A stretch of DNA of 64,000 nucleotides from Candidatus Obscuribacteraceae bacterium (GTDB lineage Bacteria; Cyanobacteriota; Vampirovibrionia; Obscuribacterales; Obscuribacteraceae), in NCBI GenBank assembly GCA_044226015.1, contig JBGAHS010000004.1, positions 416,001 through 480,000 of the forward strand, read 5' to 3'. Both the position numbers and the translations under genes were made by a program. This document shows, piece after piece, positions 1-10,851 of the stretch (positions are counted from its first letter, which is position 1; every line of letters begins with the position of its first letter). The notes under the pieces are model-generated. The model saw only the letters and a list, made by a program, of their open reading frames with translations, was not told the DNA's origin and searched no databases.

Positions 1-86
1 TTTTCTTGCGACTCTACAGCTAGTACCACTTCGACTGGTATCGCCCATAGAACTAGTATCGAATAAGACACCAAACCTGAAAACAT
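1..86 (-). CDS. possible 5' end of a gene running off the window
   Basis: ATG at 86 opens MFSGLVSYSILVLWAIPVEVVLAVESQE..., a signal-peptide-like stretch. A second frame from GTG at 144 is also open to the window edge, so the frame is ambiguous. Confidence 0.3.
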   Translation of the reverse strand, partial: MFSGLVSYSILVLWAIPVEVVLAVESQE

Positions 87-268
87 GGATCTTCTCTTGG
101 CAGGCTCTGGCTCGTGAAGATAGAGTTGCTAGATCCTTTTCCACCGTTAAAGGTCCTTGATATGTTTTCTTAGTTTGTGACAGAATCTTATCGGACAAAG
201 CGACTTGCCCTCTATCGTATTACATTGAATCTTGTAAGCTGCTTGCTTTTGCAGGAAAGAGGTCTCAT

Positions 269-1252
269 ATGATTTTAGTTACTGGTGCTGCAGGCTACAT
301 CGGCAGTCACTTCGTACGAAAGTACCTTAGCTCGGTTCCTGATGGCAGCGTTCTTGCTGTAGACAACCTGAGCGCTGGTCATATTGAGAGTTTACCCTTG
401 AGCGATCGAGTCATTTTTCATCAATTAAACGTGGGCGACAAGGAAGTGCTCAGCGAATTGATGAAAAAGCATCAGATTGAAGCAGTGGTGCATTTTGCTG
501 CCAGCATCTTTGTCGGAGAGTCACAAAAGGATCCATTCAAGTATTTCAACAACAATCTTGGACAGACAATGGCACTTCTGGAAGCAATGAGTCTGGCTAA
601 CGTCAAGAAAATAGTGTTCTCTTCAACCTGTGCAACTTATGGTGACCCGCTTCAGGTGCCAATGACAGAGACACATCCACAAGTTCCTATTAACGCATAT
701 GGTCATACTAAGTACATGGTTGAACAGATGCTTTATTCACTGCACGAGACTCTGGGCTTCTCATTTTTTGCGCTTCGATATTTCAATGCTGCCGGTGCTG
801 ATGACAATGGCGAAATAGGTGAATCTCACGACCCAGAAACGCATCTTATTCCTAACGTATTTCGAGCCATCAGCGGAAAGTTAGATTGTCTTGAAGTTTA
901 TGGTGATGACTACGATACTCGCGACGGGACGTGTATTCGCGATTACATTCATGTGTATGATCTTGCCAGTGCTCACATAGCTGCATTAGACCTCCTTTCT
1001 AAAGGATCTTATGCCGAGGGGATAAATCTTGGCACCGGCCATGGTGCCTCAGTTAAAGAAATAATTGATGCTTGCAACGAGGCGGCCGGAAAGACTGCGC
1101 CCATGAAATTGTTTCCGCGAAGATTTGGCGATGCGCCCGTCTTGGTGGCTGACTACGCCAAAGCTAAGAAAGTATTGGGATGGTCTCCACGTTATGAGCT
1201 CAAGACAATAATTAAGTCTGCCTGGAACTGGGAACTTAATCGACGATATTAA
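269..1252 (+). CDS. galE: UDP-glucose 4-epimerase
   Basis: TGAAGYIGSH Rossmann motif, VHFAA, FSST, YGHTK (YxxxK), LRYFNAAGA, GESHDPETHLIP, DGTCIRDYIHV. Confidence 0.95.
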   Translation: MILVTGAAGYIGSHFVRKYLSSVPDGSVLAVDNLSAGHIESLPLSDRVIFHQLNVGDKEVLSELMKKHQIEAVVHFAASIFVGESQKDPFKYFNNNLGQTMALLEAMSLANVKKIVFSSTCATYGDPLQVPMTETHPQVPINAYGHTKYMVEQMLYSLHETLGFSFFALRYFNAAGADDNGEIGESHDPETHLIPNVFRAISGKLDCLEVYGDDYDTRDGTCIRDYIHVYDLASAHIAALDLLSKGSYAEGINLGTGHGASVKEIIDACNEAAGKTAPMKLFPRRFGDAPVLVADYAKAKKVLGWSPRYELKTIIKSAWNWELNRRY

Positions 1253-1318
1253 ATGCCATGCAGCGCATGCCTCTGCCGTGTACAATGCTAGATCTGTGAA
1301 GGCGCAGAGGAATTAAAT

Positions 1319-2200
1319 GTGAAGCCAAGAACCTTTTGCCAGCAGCTTTTGCCAAAAACGGCGGCTTTTGCACTGTCTCTGTTGCTAACGATATTGCAAG
1401 CTGGAGGCGCAATTTCTGCGCCTGCCAAGAAGCCTGCTGGCAAAGCTGCTGCTGTCGGTGGAGCTCCTTACCCTCAGTGTCTTTACCAAGGTTCTAAGGT
1501 TGCAAGATGCATACCCCAGTTCATGCCTCTGAAAATCTGCATTTCACCGGGCATAAGTCTCGACGGTGCGGGTAGCGATCCTACAAGCGGGGGACCCCTC
1601 GACAATGTGGATAACGTGGCTGGTTGGCCGGAATTGGTTTACCAAACAAAAAACAATCCCGAACTCTTTAACAATCTGAGTCAGGCTGAGGGTTACAACG
1701 ACCAGATGTGGCAGGCTGCTGCTCAAGGAATAAATCAATGGAAACGATTTCAAAGTGAGGGGCTTTTCAATTTTGAGGTCACGGACAACCCTGATGGAGC
1801 TGACGTTTACGTTTTCTGGACGCACCATTTTGTGAATAAGCTAGGGTTAGGTCTTTTTGCAAACGACATTCGTGGGTATACGTCGAAGCATTTACTTCCG
1901 TTTTCTGCTATATCAAATGCGCTGAATGCTGGCAATTCTGACCTCATAAACAGAAGTCGTCGACCCATAGTAATGATTCTGCGAACGACCGACCTTACTG
2001 GTTCTCAGTCTGTGCCAATGCCTCTGAATAAACTTGTCTCTGCCGCTGCTCACGAGATGGGACATGTGCTGGGAATTGATGGGCACAGTTTGAACAGAGT
2101 TGATTTGATGAGTGTTAATTATGGCGCAGGCCAAATATCAGGAAATGATGCTGCGTCGATTCGCTATCTCTATCACCGTAACCCCGACCTGGTACCCTGA
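1319..2200 (+). CDS. secreted matrixin/M10-like zinc metalloprotease
   Basis: N-terminal signal peptide; HEMGHVLGIDGH metzincin motif followed by a Met-turn (DLMS). Confidence 0.8.
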   Translation: MKPRTFCQQLLPKTAAFALSLLLTILQAGGAISAPAKKPAGKAAAVGGAPYPQCLYQGSKVARCIPQFMPLKICISPGISLDGAGSDPTSGGPLDNVDNVAGWPELVYQTKNNPELFNNLSQAEGYNDQMWQAAAQGINQWKRFQSEGLFNFEVTDNPDGADVYVFWTHHFVNKLGLGLFANDIRGYTSKHLLPFSAISNALNAGNSDLINRSRRPIVMILRTTDLTGSQSVPMPLNKLVSAAAHEMGHVLGIDGHSLNRVDLMSVNYGAGQISGNDAASIRYLYHRNPDLVP

Positions 2201-2210
2201 GGCTGCAAAA

Positions 2211-2843
2211 ATGCGTAGCTCAGGCATTAAAACAGGCACTCGCAAATCGCTGACCAGCCAGGCTTGGGATGGAGTGGTCGTTTTCCTTTTCAGAACAATC
2301 ATTCCGTTGATTCCCATTTTAGGTCTGGCTTATGTTTGCTCTATGATCATCAATGCCGAAGTACAGGGTGTATACGTAGGAAGCATTCCGGGAAACGGTG
2401 CCTTGAAGATAGAAATCAGCGAAGAGAGTGATCGACTTTCTGGCTTTGCGACTTTGCGCACAAAAGAACGGTACAAAATCGTTGACGGGAAAATGCTCGA
2501 CGATAACAAGTTTAAGCTGCAGTTGCAGGCTGATGATGCCACTGCAATTGGTGGCGTTAGCGCTCATTCCGACAAGGCATCGGTGTCGCATCAACTTGAA
2601 GAGGTACCGGCGGGCAATGAGAGTGCTGTACCTAAAAACCTTAGTGGCTCAGTTATTACAGAAGACGAAAAAATAGGTCCTCTCATTTCCATTGATGGCT
2701 CATTTAGTTTCGGAACTATGAATGCGCAAATCAGCTCTGAAGGGCAAAGTATTCCCTTTGAGGCGAAACGGAATGCTTTTTCAGCTCTGTTTGGATGGCG
2801 TTGGTGGAATCGAACTTTGCGTTATTTCGGCATGAAGATTTAA
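2211..2843 (+). CDS. hypothetical membrane-anchored protein
   Basis: ATG at 2211 lies 10 nt after the upstream stop (ORF track starts at 2112); one TM segment, then a beta-rich soluble region. Confidence 0.65.
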   Translation: MRSSGIKTGTRKSLTSQAWDGVVVFLFRTIIPLIPILGLAYVCSMIINAEVQGVYVGSIPGNGALKIEISEESDRLSGFATLRTKERYKIVDGKMLDDNKFKLQLQADDATAIGGVSAHSDKASVSHQLEEVPAGNESAVPKNLSGSVITEDEKIGPLISIDGSFSFGTMNAQISSEGQSIPFEAKRNAFSALFGWRWWNRTLRYFGMKI

Positions 2844-2865
2844 TTTCGAATCTTGCTGTGCATTG

Positions 2866-3990
2866 CTATTTTTTCTTTTTTGAATCGCAAACTTCGCCGG
2901 CTTCCATAATGACTTTTTTTCTGGCTTGCTCTTTCTTCTTGCTTGAACCTCTGTTCATCAATTTATCTCCACTGTTCAGTGCTTTCAAACCATTCCAGTA
3001 GGGGCTGGTTTTTAGTTTTGCAAGGAATACATCTATGAATTCGTTCGGTCCACCTGCAGCGCAATCATTGTTCTTTGTTTGATCGTTGCAGATCAGCGCA
3101 GTTTTGCCTGCCGGCCAGGCTTTTCTGCAGAGTTCCCAGGCTTCGTTCGCGTGACCTGTGTAAATCAAATCGATCATTCTACTCCAGAGTTCAGAGGAGA
3201 GGCTGAAGCCCGTTCCGTCATTTGATTTGAAGTCCTTGTTATACTCGGCTATCTCTTTTTTGGTCTTTTCTATTAGTGCGTTTAGCTCTTTGTCGCTGGG
3301 TTTAGGTGTGCGCATCAAATCCAGCGCGACCGTAAACTGTGTTCTAGACGGGCGCAGGATGACTACGCCGGCTGGCGAGCCTGCAAATGATGTGTTCCAG
3401 TAAGCGAAGGTGAAGTCTGGACCAATGGCTTCTACTTTGTTATCTCCATCAATGTCAGCGAAAGCAAACGTACCATCTCTTGCGACAATGCTGCCCCACA
3501 AGTGATTCTTTCTATCCAGGCTGTACACCTTGTATGTATAACAACAGTGTGCGCCACCACTCCATTCTTCGAGAATAATTTCAGCTTGGCCATCACCGTT
3601 GATGTCAACGAAGGGATTTTGAGAACGTTTGTATTTTGAGCCCACTACGTTGTACAAGCTGCGATCCAATTTCAATCGCATGCTCTTGTCAGTCGCATTT
3701 GTGATTGGGTGGACGAGCCATCGCTGATTGTCGCTGGCTGAGGATGTTTCCGAGAAGACCGTGCGCTTCCCTCGCTTCACAGTTAAATTGGATAGAGTGT
3801 CGTATTCCAGTGTTGGAATATATGAATAGATGCCTGATCGATATGGCTTCTTTGCTACGTCTCTGTCCTTTTGGAGCTCGTCATAAAACTTGTCCACTTC
3901 TTTTGTTTCGTCAGGTTCGATATTTGCGAAGGCAGGCGCGCTTGCAAGTGCAAGTAATGGCAATATGTACTTTCGATATCTTTTTAGCAT
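2866..3990 (-). CDS. secreted hypothetical protein with SGGAHCC motif and FG-GAP/VCBS-like DxDGD loops
   Basis: Signal peptide from ATG 3990 (track start 4041); DINGDGQAEI, WSGGAHCC, DIDGDNKVE. Confidence 0.7.
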   Translation of the reverse strand: MLKRYRKYILPLLALASAPAFANIEPDETKEVDKFYDELQKDRDVAKKPYRSGIYSYIPTLEYDTLSNLTVKRGKRTVFSETSSASDNQRWLVHPITNATDKSMRLKLDRSLYNVVGSKYKRSQNPFVDINGDGQAEIILEEWSGGAHCCYTYKVYSLDRKNHLWGSIVARDGTFAFADIDGDNKVEAIGPDFTFAYWNTSFAGSPAGVVILRPSRTQFTVALDLMRTPKPSDKELNALIEKTKKEIAEYNKDFKSNDGTGFSLSSELWSRMIDLIYTGHANEAWELCRKAWPAGKTALICNDQTKNNDCAAGGPNEFIDVFLAKLKTSPYWNGLKALNSGDKLMNRGSSKKKEQARKKVIMEAGEVCDSKKKK

Positions 3991-4255
3991 GAATTGAAAA
4001 GTGTGTACTCCCCCTAACTTTTGATATATCCATTGAAGCATTGATGGGATCTGATTCTGTATGTTCTACGTAAAGAGATCCGAAAATATGAGTAGCGGTT
4101 CTAAGAAACAAATCGAGATTAAAAAATCATCGTGGGAATTGAAGATCCTTTTCAGCTGCAGCAGCTAAATATGGGCGTAGAATGCTAACAGAATCAATTG
4201 CTCTGTATATTGATCTGCCACTTATATTTTGTTCCATTCCTTCAGCAGGGATTAG

Positions 4256-5596
4256 ATGCCAGCATTTACGGAAGAACAAGTAGTTAACTTTGCGCCTGAT
4301 GAAAATTCAATCGTGGCAGGCCGTCAATTAGCGTATGCGACGAACTGGGCAAGTCTTGGAGCAAACGAAGTGGCTCTCTGGGGAGAGTGTAAAGGCTCTG
4401 GTTCCAAACCATATCAAGCTTGTATCGATATTGCGGGAGCCGCATTCAAGTGCTCATGCCCAAGTAGAAAAATTCCCTGTAAGCACTGTATGGCATTGAT
4501 GTATCTCAACATGAAAGACAGTGCTTCTTTTGCATCAGAAGCACCATCATGGGTAGAAGAGTGGCTGAAGAGTCGGGAAGAGCGCGCCGAAAAGAAGGCT
4601 AAGAAGGCTGAGGATGCAGCGCCTGTCGACCCTGTCGCTAAAGCAAAGCGGCAGGCGAGTCGACATTCAAAGGTGGAATCAGGGCTGAATGACTTCAGCC
4701 TCTGGTTGCAAGACCGCATTCGGCAGGGCTTTTCTGGATTGGACGCGCAGTCCTACCAATTTTGGGAAAAGCAAGCGGCACGGCTAACTGATGCTCAGGC
4801 TCCTGGTCTGGCGAGGCTCTTGCGCTCGTGTGCTGGTATTCCAAACTCCGGGGAAGGCTGGCAATCGCGATTGATAGAACAATTGTCGTTTATGCATACG
4901 ATTGTTGAGGGATTTCAAAACATCAATGAGCTCCCGGAAAATGTGCAGCAAGATGTTCGAGCTGCAATTGGTTTTGCGGTGAGCCAGGAGGACGTTCTTG
5001 CAAAGCCCGGACTGCAAGATATTTGGCATGTGTTAGGTCAGAGAGTTGATGCGGAGGACAAACTTCGAACACAGCGAACCTGGCTTCGTGGTGAAAAGAC
5101 AGGGCGTTGGGCTTTGATTCTCAGTTTCGCTCATGGCAATGCTCCACTTGATAGTTCATTCAGTGCGGGCTCTTCATACAATGCAGAATTGTGTTTTTTT
5201 CCAGGAAACTATCCTATTAGAGCTCTTCTGAAAAGCAAGGCTGATACCAAAGATGGTATCGCAAGTTTGAGAGGCTATGCTCATTCTGAAGCTTTCCTCG
5301 AAGATTATGCTCTTGCACTGTCTTGCAACCCTTTCATCGAGACTTTTCCCGTATCGATTGAAAATGTAAGAGCCGTTCCTGCTCAAGAAGAGCTTCTGAT
5401 TATTGACTCAGAAAACAAACTCATTCCCTTGAGTCGCTCAAGCGAAGGTCTCAAATGGCATGTGCTTGCTCTTTCCGGAGCTTATCCATTCAGTATATTT
5501 GGCGAATGGAATGGACGCAGACTGATGCTTTTATCGGCTGTTTGCGACGGAACATTTTACCGGCTTGATAGTAAGGCGGTGCCGAGTGTCACATAA
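4256..5596 (+). CDS. SWIM zinc finger protein (YehQ-like)
   Basis: LWGECKGSGSKPY and CSCPSRKIPCKH SWIM motif; RLTDAQAPGLA; first gene of a MoxR/VWA operon. Confidence 0.9.
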   Translation: MPAFTEEQVVNFAPDENSIVAGRQLAYATNWASLGANEVALWGECKGSGSKPYQACIDIAGAAFKCSCPSRKIPCKHCMALMYLNMKDSASFASEAPSWVEEWLKSREERAEKKAKKAEDAAPVDPVAKAKRQASRHSKVESGLNDFSLWLQDRIRQGFSGLDAQSYQFWEKQAARLTDAQAPGLARLLRSCAGIPNSGEGWQSRLIEQLSFMHTIVEGFQNINELPENVQQDVRAAIGFAVSQEDVLAKPGLQDIWHVLGQRVDAEDKLRTQRTWLRGEKTGRWALILSFAHGNAPLDSSFSAGSSYNAELCFFPGNYPIRALLKSKADTKDGIASLRGYAHSEAFLEDYALALSCNPFIETFPVSIENVRAVPAQEELLIIDSENKLIPLSRSSEGLKWHVLALSGAYPFSIFGEWNGRRLMLLSAVCDGTFYRLDSKAVPSVT

Positions 5597-7175
5597 GGAT
5601 GAATTGATATCAGTGGCAATTCTTGGCACTGAGCAACAGGGGCTTCCCGATCTGCTTGGATCTGGCGACTTAACTGCGAAGCTTGAGGCACTGAAACTAA
5701 AGCGTGAAAAGCTGGGACGTGAACGAGCCTTCCTTCATTTAGCTGCACTCGTCTGGCTATATGAAAAATCGGGTCAAGTTTTAGAGACCTATACTGAAGA
5801 GTTGCCAGACTTACCCGCACCACCTGAATACAAAGAACTTGTATCCCCACCTGCCAAAACCTTGTTGCGCAACATACTCGATGCCAGGCAAACGGAGCTA
5901 TTACAGGAATGGCTGAGCCTGGCAAATAAAGCTGAGAAAAGACTGCCTCACGATATGGTGTGTCTCTTGCTAGATGCAGCAAAGAAAGATGAATCATTGC
6001 AAGAACACGTAAAAGAAGTTATCGGAGAGCGTGGTAAGTGGTTGGCTCAGTACAATAGCGAATGGGCCTACATTAACGGACTCAGAACTGCGCAAAAATT
6101 TTCGACAAACGAGCAAACAATTCAAGAACAGTGGGACTTTGGCAGTCTCGACGAGAGATTTGTGGCACTTAAGACAAAGCGCAAAGTTGATGCGAGAGCT
6201 GCTCTCTTCCTATTGCGTTCCACATGGAAAGATGAAAATTCGAGCAACCGTGCGCGACTTGTTGTAGCCCTTGAAGAGGGGCTCTCTATAAATGATGAAG
6301 AGTTTTTAGAAAACGAGGCTCTCGACGACCGATTGAAGGAAGTGCGAAACAAAGTACAAGACTTGCTTTTCAAAATTCCAGCTAGTCGCTTGAACGAGAG
6401 ATGCACACTTCGTGCCGTAAACTGTATCGCCGAAATAAAAGAGCCAAAGGAAAATATCTTCGCAAAATTGGTTGGTGGACGCGGAACCAAGCGCTTTGAG
6501 ATTCTCGTGAATGTTCCTGATGATGTAGACAAATCAATTGTTCGTGACGGGTTCGTACAGAAACCTGTTCACGCTCAGCTCGGTGACAAAGCCTGGGCAC
6601 TCCTGCAGATTTTTTCCATGGTAGACCATCGTAGCTTGCTGGCAAAATACAATCTCTCTGAAAGGGAATGGATTGAAACCATACTCGGCTCCGAGTGGAA
6701 GAGTGCTCTATACAAAGGATTAGAAGCATCTGTTATACGCTTTCAGGACCATGGCTTTGCGCGTTTGTTATTTGAATTTGGAAATCTTGAACGACCCGAC
6801 ATTTTGTTTGGCTTGCTGAATTCTGCTGAGCAGGAAGCTGTTATTACGCGCCTGGTTGAGGAACGTCGATTTTCGCTTGGTGATTACGGACAGTACAGCG
6901 GAAGTGCGCTGCAGCTGCTGTTCTCAACGAGAGGTAGATGGTCAGAAGAGTTTTCGAAGGTCATTCTTCGTTGTATTCGAACACATATCATGCAAAAAAC
7001 GACGGCAGTTATCTGGGGCGCACCGATGACTCAAATCGGAAACTATTTGAATTTGGATGTTTGGAACTCGGTCGCAGATACATGGACTACTGGTTCGGTA
7101 GACCCCGTGCTGACGCCGATGATCAATAATCTTGATTTACGCAAGCGCATTGGTAAGGCTTTCCAGGAAACTTGA
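5586..7175 (+). CDS. DUF5691-like helical-repeat protein
   Basis: AILGTEQ, GERGKWLAQYNSEW and DEEFLE..LDD motifs; position between SWIM and AAA genes; GTG 5586 overlaps the upstream stop (track start 5565). Confidence 0.8.
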   Translation: MSHKDELISVAILGTEQQGLPDLLGSGDLTAKLEALKLKREKLGRERAFLHLAALVWLYEKSGQVLETYTEELPDLPAPPEYKELVSPPAKTLLRNILDARQTELLQEWLSLANKAEKRLPHDMVCLLLDAAKKDESLQEHVKEVIGERGKWLAQYNSEWAYINGLRTAQKFSTNEQTIQEQWDFGSLDERFVALKTKRKVDARAALFLLRSTWKDENSSNRARLVVALEEGLSINDEEFLENEALDDRLKEVRNKVQDLLFKIPASRLNERCTLRAVNCIAEIKEPKENIFAKLVGGRGTKRFEILVNVPDDVDKSIVRDGFVQKPVHAQLGDKAWALLQIFSMVDHRSLLAKYNLSEREWIETILGSEWKSALYKGLEASVIRFQDHGFARLLFEFGNLERPDILFGLLNSAEQEAVITRLVEERRFSLGDYGQYSGSALQLLFSTRGRWSEEFSKVILRCIRTHIMQKTTAVIWGAPMTQIGNYLNLDVWNSVADTWTTGSVDPVLTPMINNLDLRKRIGKAFQET

Positions 7176-7217
7176 AACGTTTCAGAGTTTAGGATTTAAG
7201 AGGAGATTGATAGAACA

Positions 7218-8312
7218 ATGGCTAGTTCAGAGCTTATGGAGATTCTTCGCCAACATGCCGAACAGCAATTCGCAGAAGAATTAGCTGAGCTTGCAAAAAA
7301 CGATAAGCGACAGCGCCCGCCTAACTGGAAGCTTTCTCCACAGGCAGTGTCCACTTATATTCTAGGTGGAACGCTCGATAATGGTTTTGAAATTACTCCG
7401 AAGTATATAGGCAAATCACGAGTGGTTGAGATTGCTATCGCGACTCTCGCTACAGACCGTGCCTTGCTTCTGTTGGGAGTGCCCGGAACTGCTAAAACAT
7501 GGTTATCTGAGCACCTGGCTGCTGCCATCTCTGGAGACTCATCCTTGCTTGTGCAGGGGACTGCTGGAACGTCTGAGGAATCGGTGCGCTATGGTTGGAA
7601 CTATGCTCGGCTACTTTCGGAAGGTCCCAGTCTGAATGCGCTGGTGCCATCGCCAGTGATGCGCGGAATGAAGGAGGGCATGATTACTCGAATTGAGGAA
7701 TTGACCCGCATTCCAGCAGATGTGCAAGATTCATTTATTACTATTCTCTCTGAAAAGACACTTCCAATACCTGAGCTGAATGAACAGGTTCAAGCTGTGA
7801 AGGGTTTCAATGTTATTGCAACTGCCAACGACCGAGACCGCGGTGTGAATGAATTATCTAGCGCCCTGAAAAGGCGATTCAACACGGTTATATTGCCGGT
7901 TCCAGATACACTTGATGAAGAAGTCGAAATCGTTCGTCGCCGAGTTGAAGCGCTCGGGCGTGCTCTGGAAATTCCAGCGGAGGCACCAGCTCTGGAAGAG
8001 GTTCGCCGCCTGGTCACTATCTTCCGTGAGTTGCGAAATGGTATTACCCAAGACGGTAAGACGAAAGTTAAATCTCCCAGTGGAACAATGAGCACTGCTG
8101 AAGCCATCTCTGTCGTCACCAATGGGCTCTCACTTGCAGCTCACTTTGGCGATGGAAAGTTGCAAGCAAATGACCTGGCAGCTGGAGTCATAGGAGCAAT
8201 CGTGAAGGACCCTGTGCAAGATAGAGTCGTTCTAAAAGAATATCTTGAGACTGTGGTGAAAGAACGGCAAGACTGGAAAGATCTGTATCGTTCTTGTCGA
8301 GATTTAGCATAA
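7218..8312 (+). CDS. yehL: MoxR-family AAA+ ATPase, YehL type
   Basis: Walker A GVPGTAKT, Walker B RIEE, TANDRDRGVNELSSALKRRF, STAEA; RBS AGGAG. Confidence 0.9.
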   Translation: MASSELMEILRQHAEQQFAEELAELAKNDKRQRPPNWKLSPQAVSTYILGGTLDNGFEITPKYIGKSRVVEIAIATLATDRALLLLGVPGTAKTWLSEHLAAAISGDSSLLVQGTAGTSEESVRYGWNYARLLSEGPSLNALVPSPVMRGMKEGMITRIEELTRIPADVQDSFITILSEKTLPIPELNEQVQAVKGFNVIATANDRDRGVNELSSALKRRFNTVILPVPDTLDEEVEIVRRRVEALGRALEIPAEAPALEEVRRLVTIFRELRNGITQDGKTKVKSPSGTMSTAEAISVVTNGLSLAAHFGDGKLQANDLAAGVIGAIVKDPVQDRVVLKEYLETVVKERQDWKDLYRSCRDLA

Positions 8313-8322
8313 AGGTCTCGAC

Positions 8323-10851
8323 GTGGCTGCTGAGGATAGGGTCAATATTTTTGGAATCAGGCACCATGGGCCTGGTTCTGCCAGAAGTTTGCTTGCAAGT
8401 CTGAATAAGTTGCAACCCGATTGCATTTTGGTAGAGGGACCACCGGAAGCAAATGACCTTCTGCAGCATCTTGCAAATGCAAATTTGAAGCCACCTGTTT
8501 CATTGCTGATTTATGCAAGTGATGATTTGAAACGTGCTGTTTACTACCCCTTCGCAGTTTTTTCGCCTGAATGGCAGGCCCTCAAATTTGGCGTGAAAGC
8601 TGGCATTCCAGTTCGGTTTATGGATCTGCCAATGACTAATTGGTTTGGTCTAGACAAGCAAAAAGATGACGAATTAAAAAATAGCGAATCGCAAGCTGGG
8701 CTTGCTACTGATGATACCAAATCTGGTGGCGATATTGCAGCCAGCACTGATGCCAGAATAGGACTTGAAGATATAGAGAAGAGTGACATTACGGACGAGA
8801 GCGTGAACGAAAGCGACGCTATCGTAGAGGATAACTCGGCTGACGCAGGGGCTGACGAGACGGATGCTTCCGAGTCAGATGCTCCGGAGGCTGATGCTTC
8901 AAATCCGCAGCGAAATGAACTAAAGCGATTGAGGAAAGACCCGCTCGGTTATTTTGCAAGGCTTGCTGGCTATGAAGACAGTGAACGCTGGTGGGAAAAC
9001 CTTGTTGAGCACAGGCGGCAAGACCTTGATGTGTTTGATGCCATCGCAGAGGCAATGACTGCTTTGCGTACAGAACTCAAAGAAGATGAGCTAATAGGAA
9101 CTGACGTTGACCCCCTGCGTGAAGCACATATGCGTCAGATGATTCGCGCGGCTATTAAGGAAGGTTGTCAGCGCATTGCTGTGGTGTGTGGAGCGTGGCA
9201 TGTTCCTGCACTGAAGAAAATGCCCAGTGCAAAAGAAGATCAGTCGCTGCTGAAAGGGCTGGCTAAGATGAAAGTGCAAGCAACGTGGATTCCCTGGACG
9301 CATTCTCGACTTGCTTTCTCCAGTGGTTATGGTGCCGGCATTGAATCACCAGGTTGGTATCATCATCTTTGGACCTGCACGGAAAATGTCGTGGAAAAAT
9401 GGTTGATCACCGTAGCGCGACTTTTGCGCGCGGAAGATCTCGATGCGTCCTCCGCACACGTAATCGAGACAGTGAGACTTGCTGAAACCCTGGGCAGTAT
9501 GCGGGGGCTTCCGCTGCCAGGCCTGAATGAGATTTCTGAAGCCATCAAATCAGTGCTCTGCTTTGGAAGCGATGTTCCGATGCAGATCATCCACGAAAAA
9601 CTTGAAATTGGAACAATGATGGGCGAAGTTCCATCAGAGCTTCCCGGCACACCATTGCAGAAGAATGTAGAAGCTGAACAAAAGCGTTTGAGAATGCCTG
9701 CTCAAGCTGCTGAGAAAAATTACGATTTAGATTTGCGAAATGCTAACGACCTTTCTCGAAGTCACATGCTGCATCGTTTTCTCATTCTGAATATTGACTG
9801 GGGAAACAAGGTCGACGTCAGCGGTAAGAGCGGAAGCTTTCATGAATTCTGGGCTGTGCGATGGCTTCCAGAATATGCAATCAAATTGATTGAAGCCAGT
9901 GTCTGGGGAAAAACTCTCGCAGAAGCTGCAGCTGCGTTTGCTAAAAACGAAAGTGACAAGGTCGTTGAACTTTCGCAATTAATCCACATTCTCGACAAGG
10001 TTTTGCTTGCTGATCTGCCAGATGCTGTCGATCACGTAATGGATCGTGTGCAAACAGAAGCGGCTGTTGCTGTTGATGTGAAACATCTGATGGCGGCATT
10101 TCCTGCACTGGTTCAGGTCGCCAGATATGGCAACGTACGTAAGACTGACTTGCAATCGGTTAGCAAAATTCTCGATGGTCTGGTGAGTCGCATTTGTGTT
10201 GGACTCGCCCCAGCTTGTTCTGCTATTGATGCTGATGCTGCGGAGGAAATGTACGAACACTTAATGAAGGTCAATGCCTCCGTTGGTTTATTGCAGAATG
10301 CTGAGCACAATAAATTATGGATGGATACAATGCAATATATCGCTGACACCGAAAATATCAGTCCCCTTATAGCAGGGCGCGCCTGCCGCTTACTCTTCGA
10401 CAGACGGCTGATGGAAAGTGGCGAATCGGCTCGCAGGTTTGGACTGGCATTATCCACCGCTGGTGACCCTACTGATGGTGCCCTGTGGGCAGATGGATTC
10501 TTGCGAGGAAGCGGGGCTGTTTTGATTCACGACAGCGATTTGCTCGATGTTGTAGATCAATGGGTGCGTCAGCTTCAAGAAGAGAATTTCAAAGAGATTC
10601 TGCCGCTACTGCGCAGAACCTTTGCGACGTATGCTCCGCCTGAGCGCCGACAGATCGGAGAGCGTATTGCCAGAACTGCTGGGCGAGTCTCTTCCAACAA
10701 GTCTGGCTCAAGCACTAGCTTACTTTTGAACAAAGAGCGTGGGGAAAAGATTCTTCCTATTTTGGACAAGTTATTGGGACTTTCTCCGATTGAAAAAGTG
10801 TCGGACCCAAATACTGACTCTCAGCTGTCAATAATGAAGGACCTCTTATGA
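8323..10851 (+). CDS. DUF5682 / YehM-like protein
   Basis: FGIRHHGPGSA, ILVEGP, YPFAVFSPEW, REAHM, VCGAWH, GYGAG, LPLLRRTF. Confidence 0.88.
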   Translation: MAAEDRVNIFGIRHHGPGSARSLLASLNKLQPDCILVEGPPEANDLLQHLANANLKPPVSLLIYASDDLKRAVYYPFAVFSPEWQALKFGVKAGIPVRFMDLPMTNWFGLDKQKDDELKNSESQAGLATDDTKSGGDIAASTDARIGLEDIEKSDITDESVNESDAIVEDNSADAGADETDASESDAPEADASNPQRNELKRLRKDPLGYFARLAGYEDSERWWENLVEHRRQDLDVFDAIAEAMTALRTELKEDELIGTDVDPLREAHMRQMIRAAIKEGCQRIAVVCGAWHVPALKKMPSAKEDQSLLKGLAKMKVQATWIPWTHSRLAFSSGYGAGIESPGWYHHLWTCTENVVEKWLITVARLLRAEDLDASSAHVIETVRLAETLGSMRGLPLPGLNEISEAIKSVLCFGSDVPMQIIHEKLEIGTMMGEVPSELPGTPLQKNVEAEQKRLRMPAQAAEKNYDLDLRNANDLSRSHMLHRFLILNIDWGNKVDVSGKSGSFHEFWAVRWLPEYAIKLIEASVWGKTLAEAAAAFAKNESDKVVELSQLIHILDKVLLADLPDAVDHVMDRVQTEAAVAVDVKHLMAAFPALVQVARYGNVRKTDLQSVSKILDGLVSRICVGLAPACSAIDADAAEEMYEHLMKVNASVGLLQNAEHNKLWMDTMQYIADTENISPLIAGRACRLLFDRRLMESGESARRFGLALSTAGDPTDGALWADGFLRGSGAVLIHDSDLLDVVDQWVRQLQEENFKEILPLLRRTFATYAPPERRQIGERIARTAGRVSSNKSGSSTSLLLNKERGEKILPILDKLLGLSPIEKVSDPNTDSQLSIMKDLL

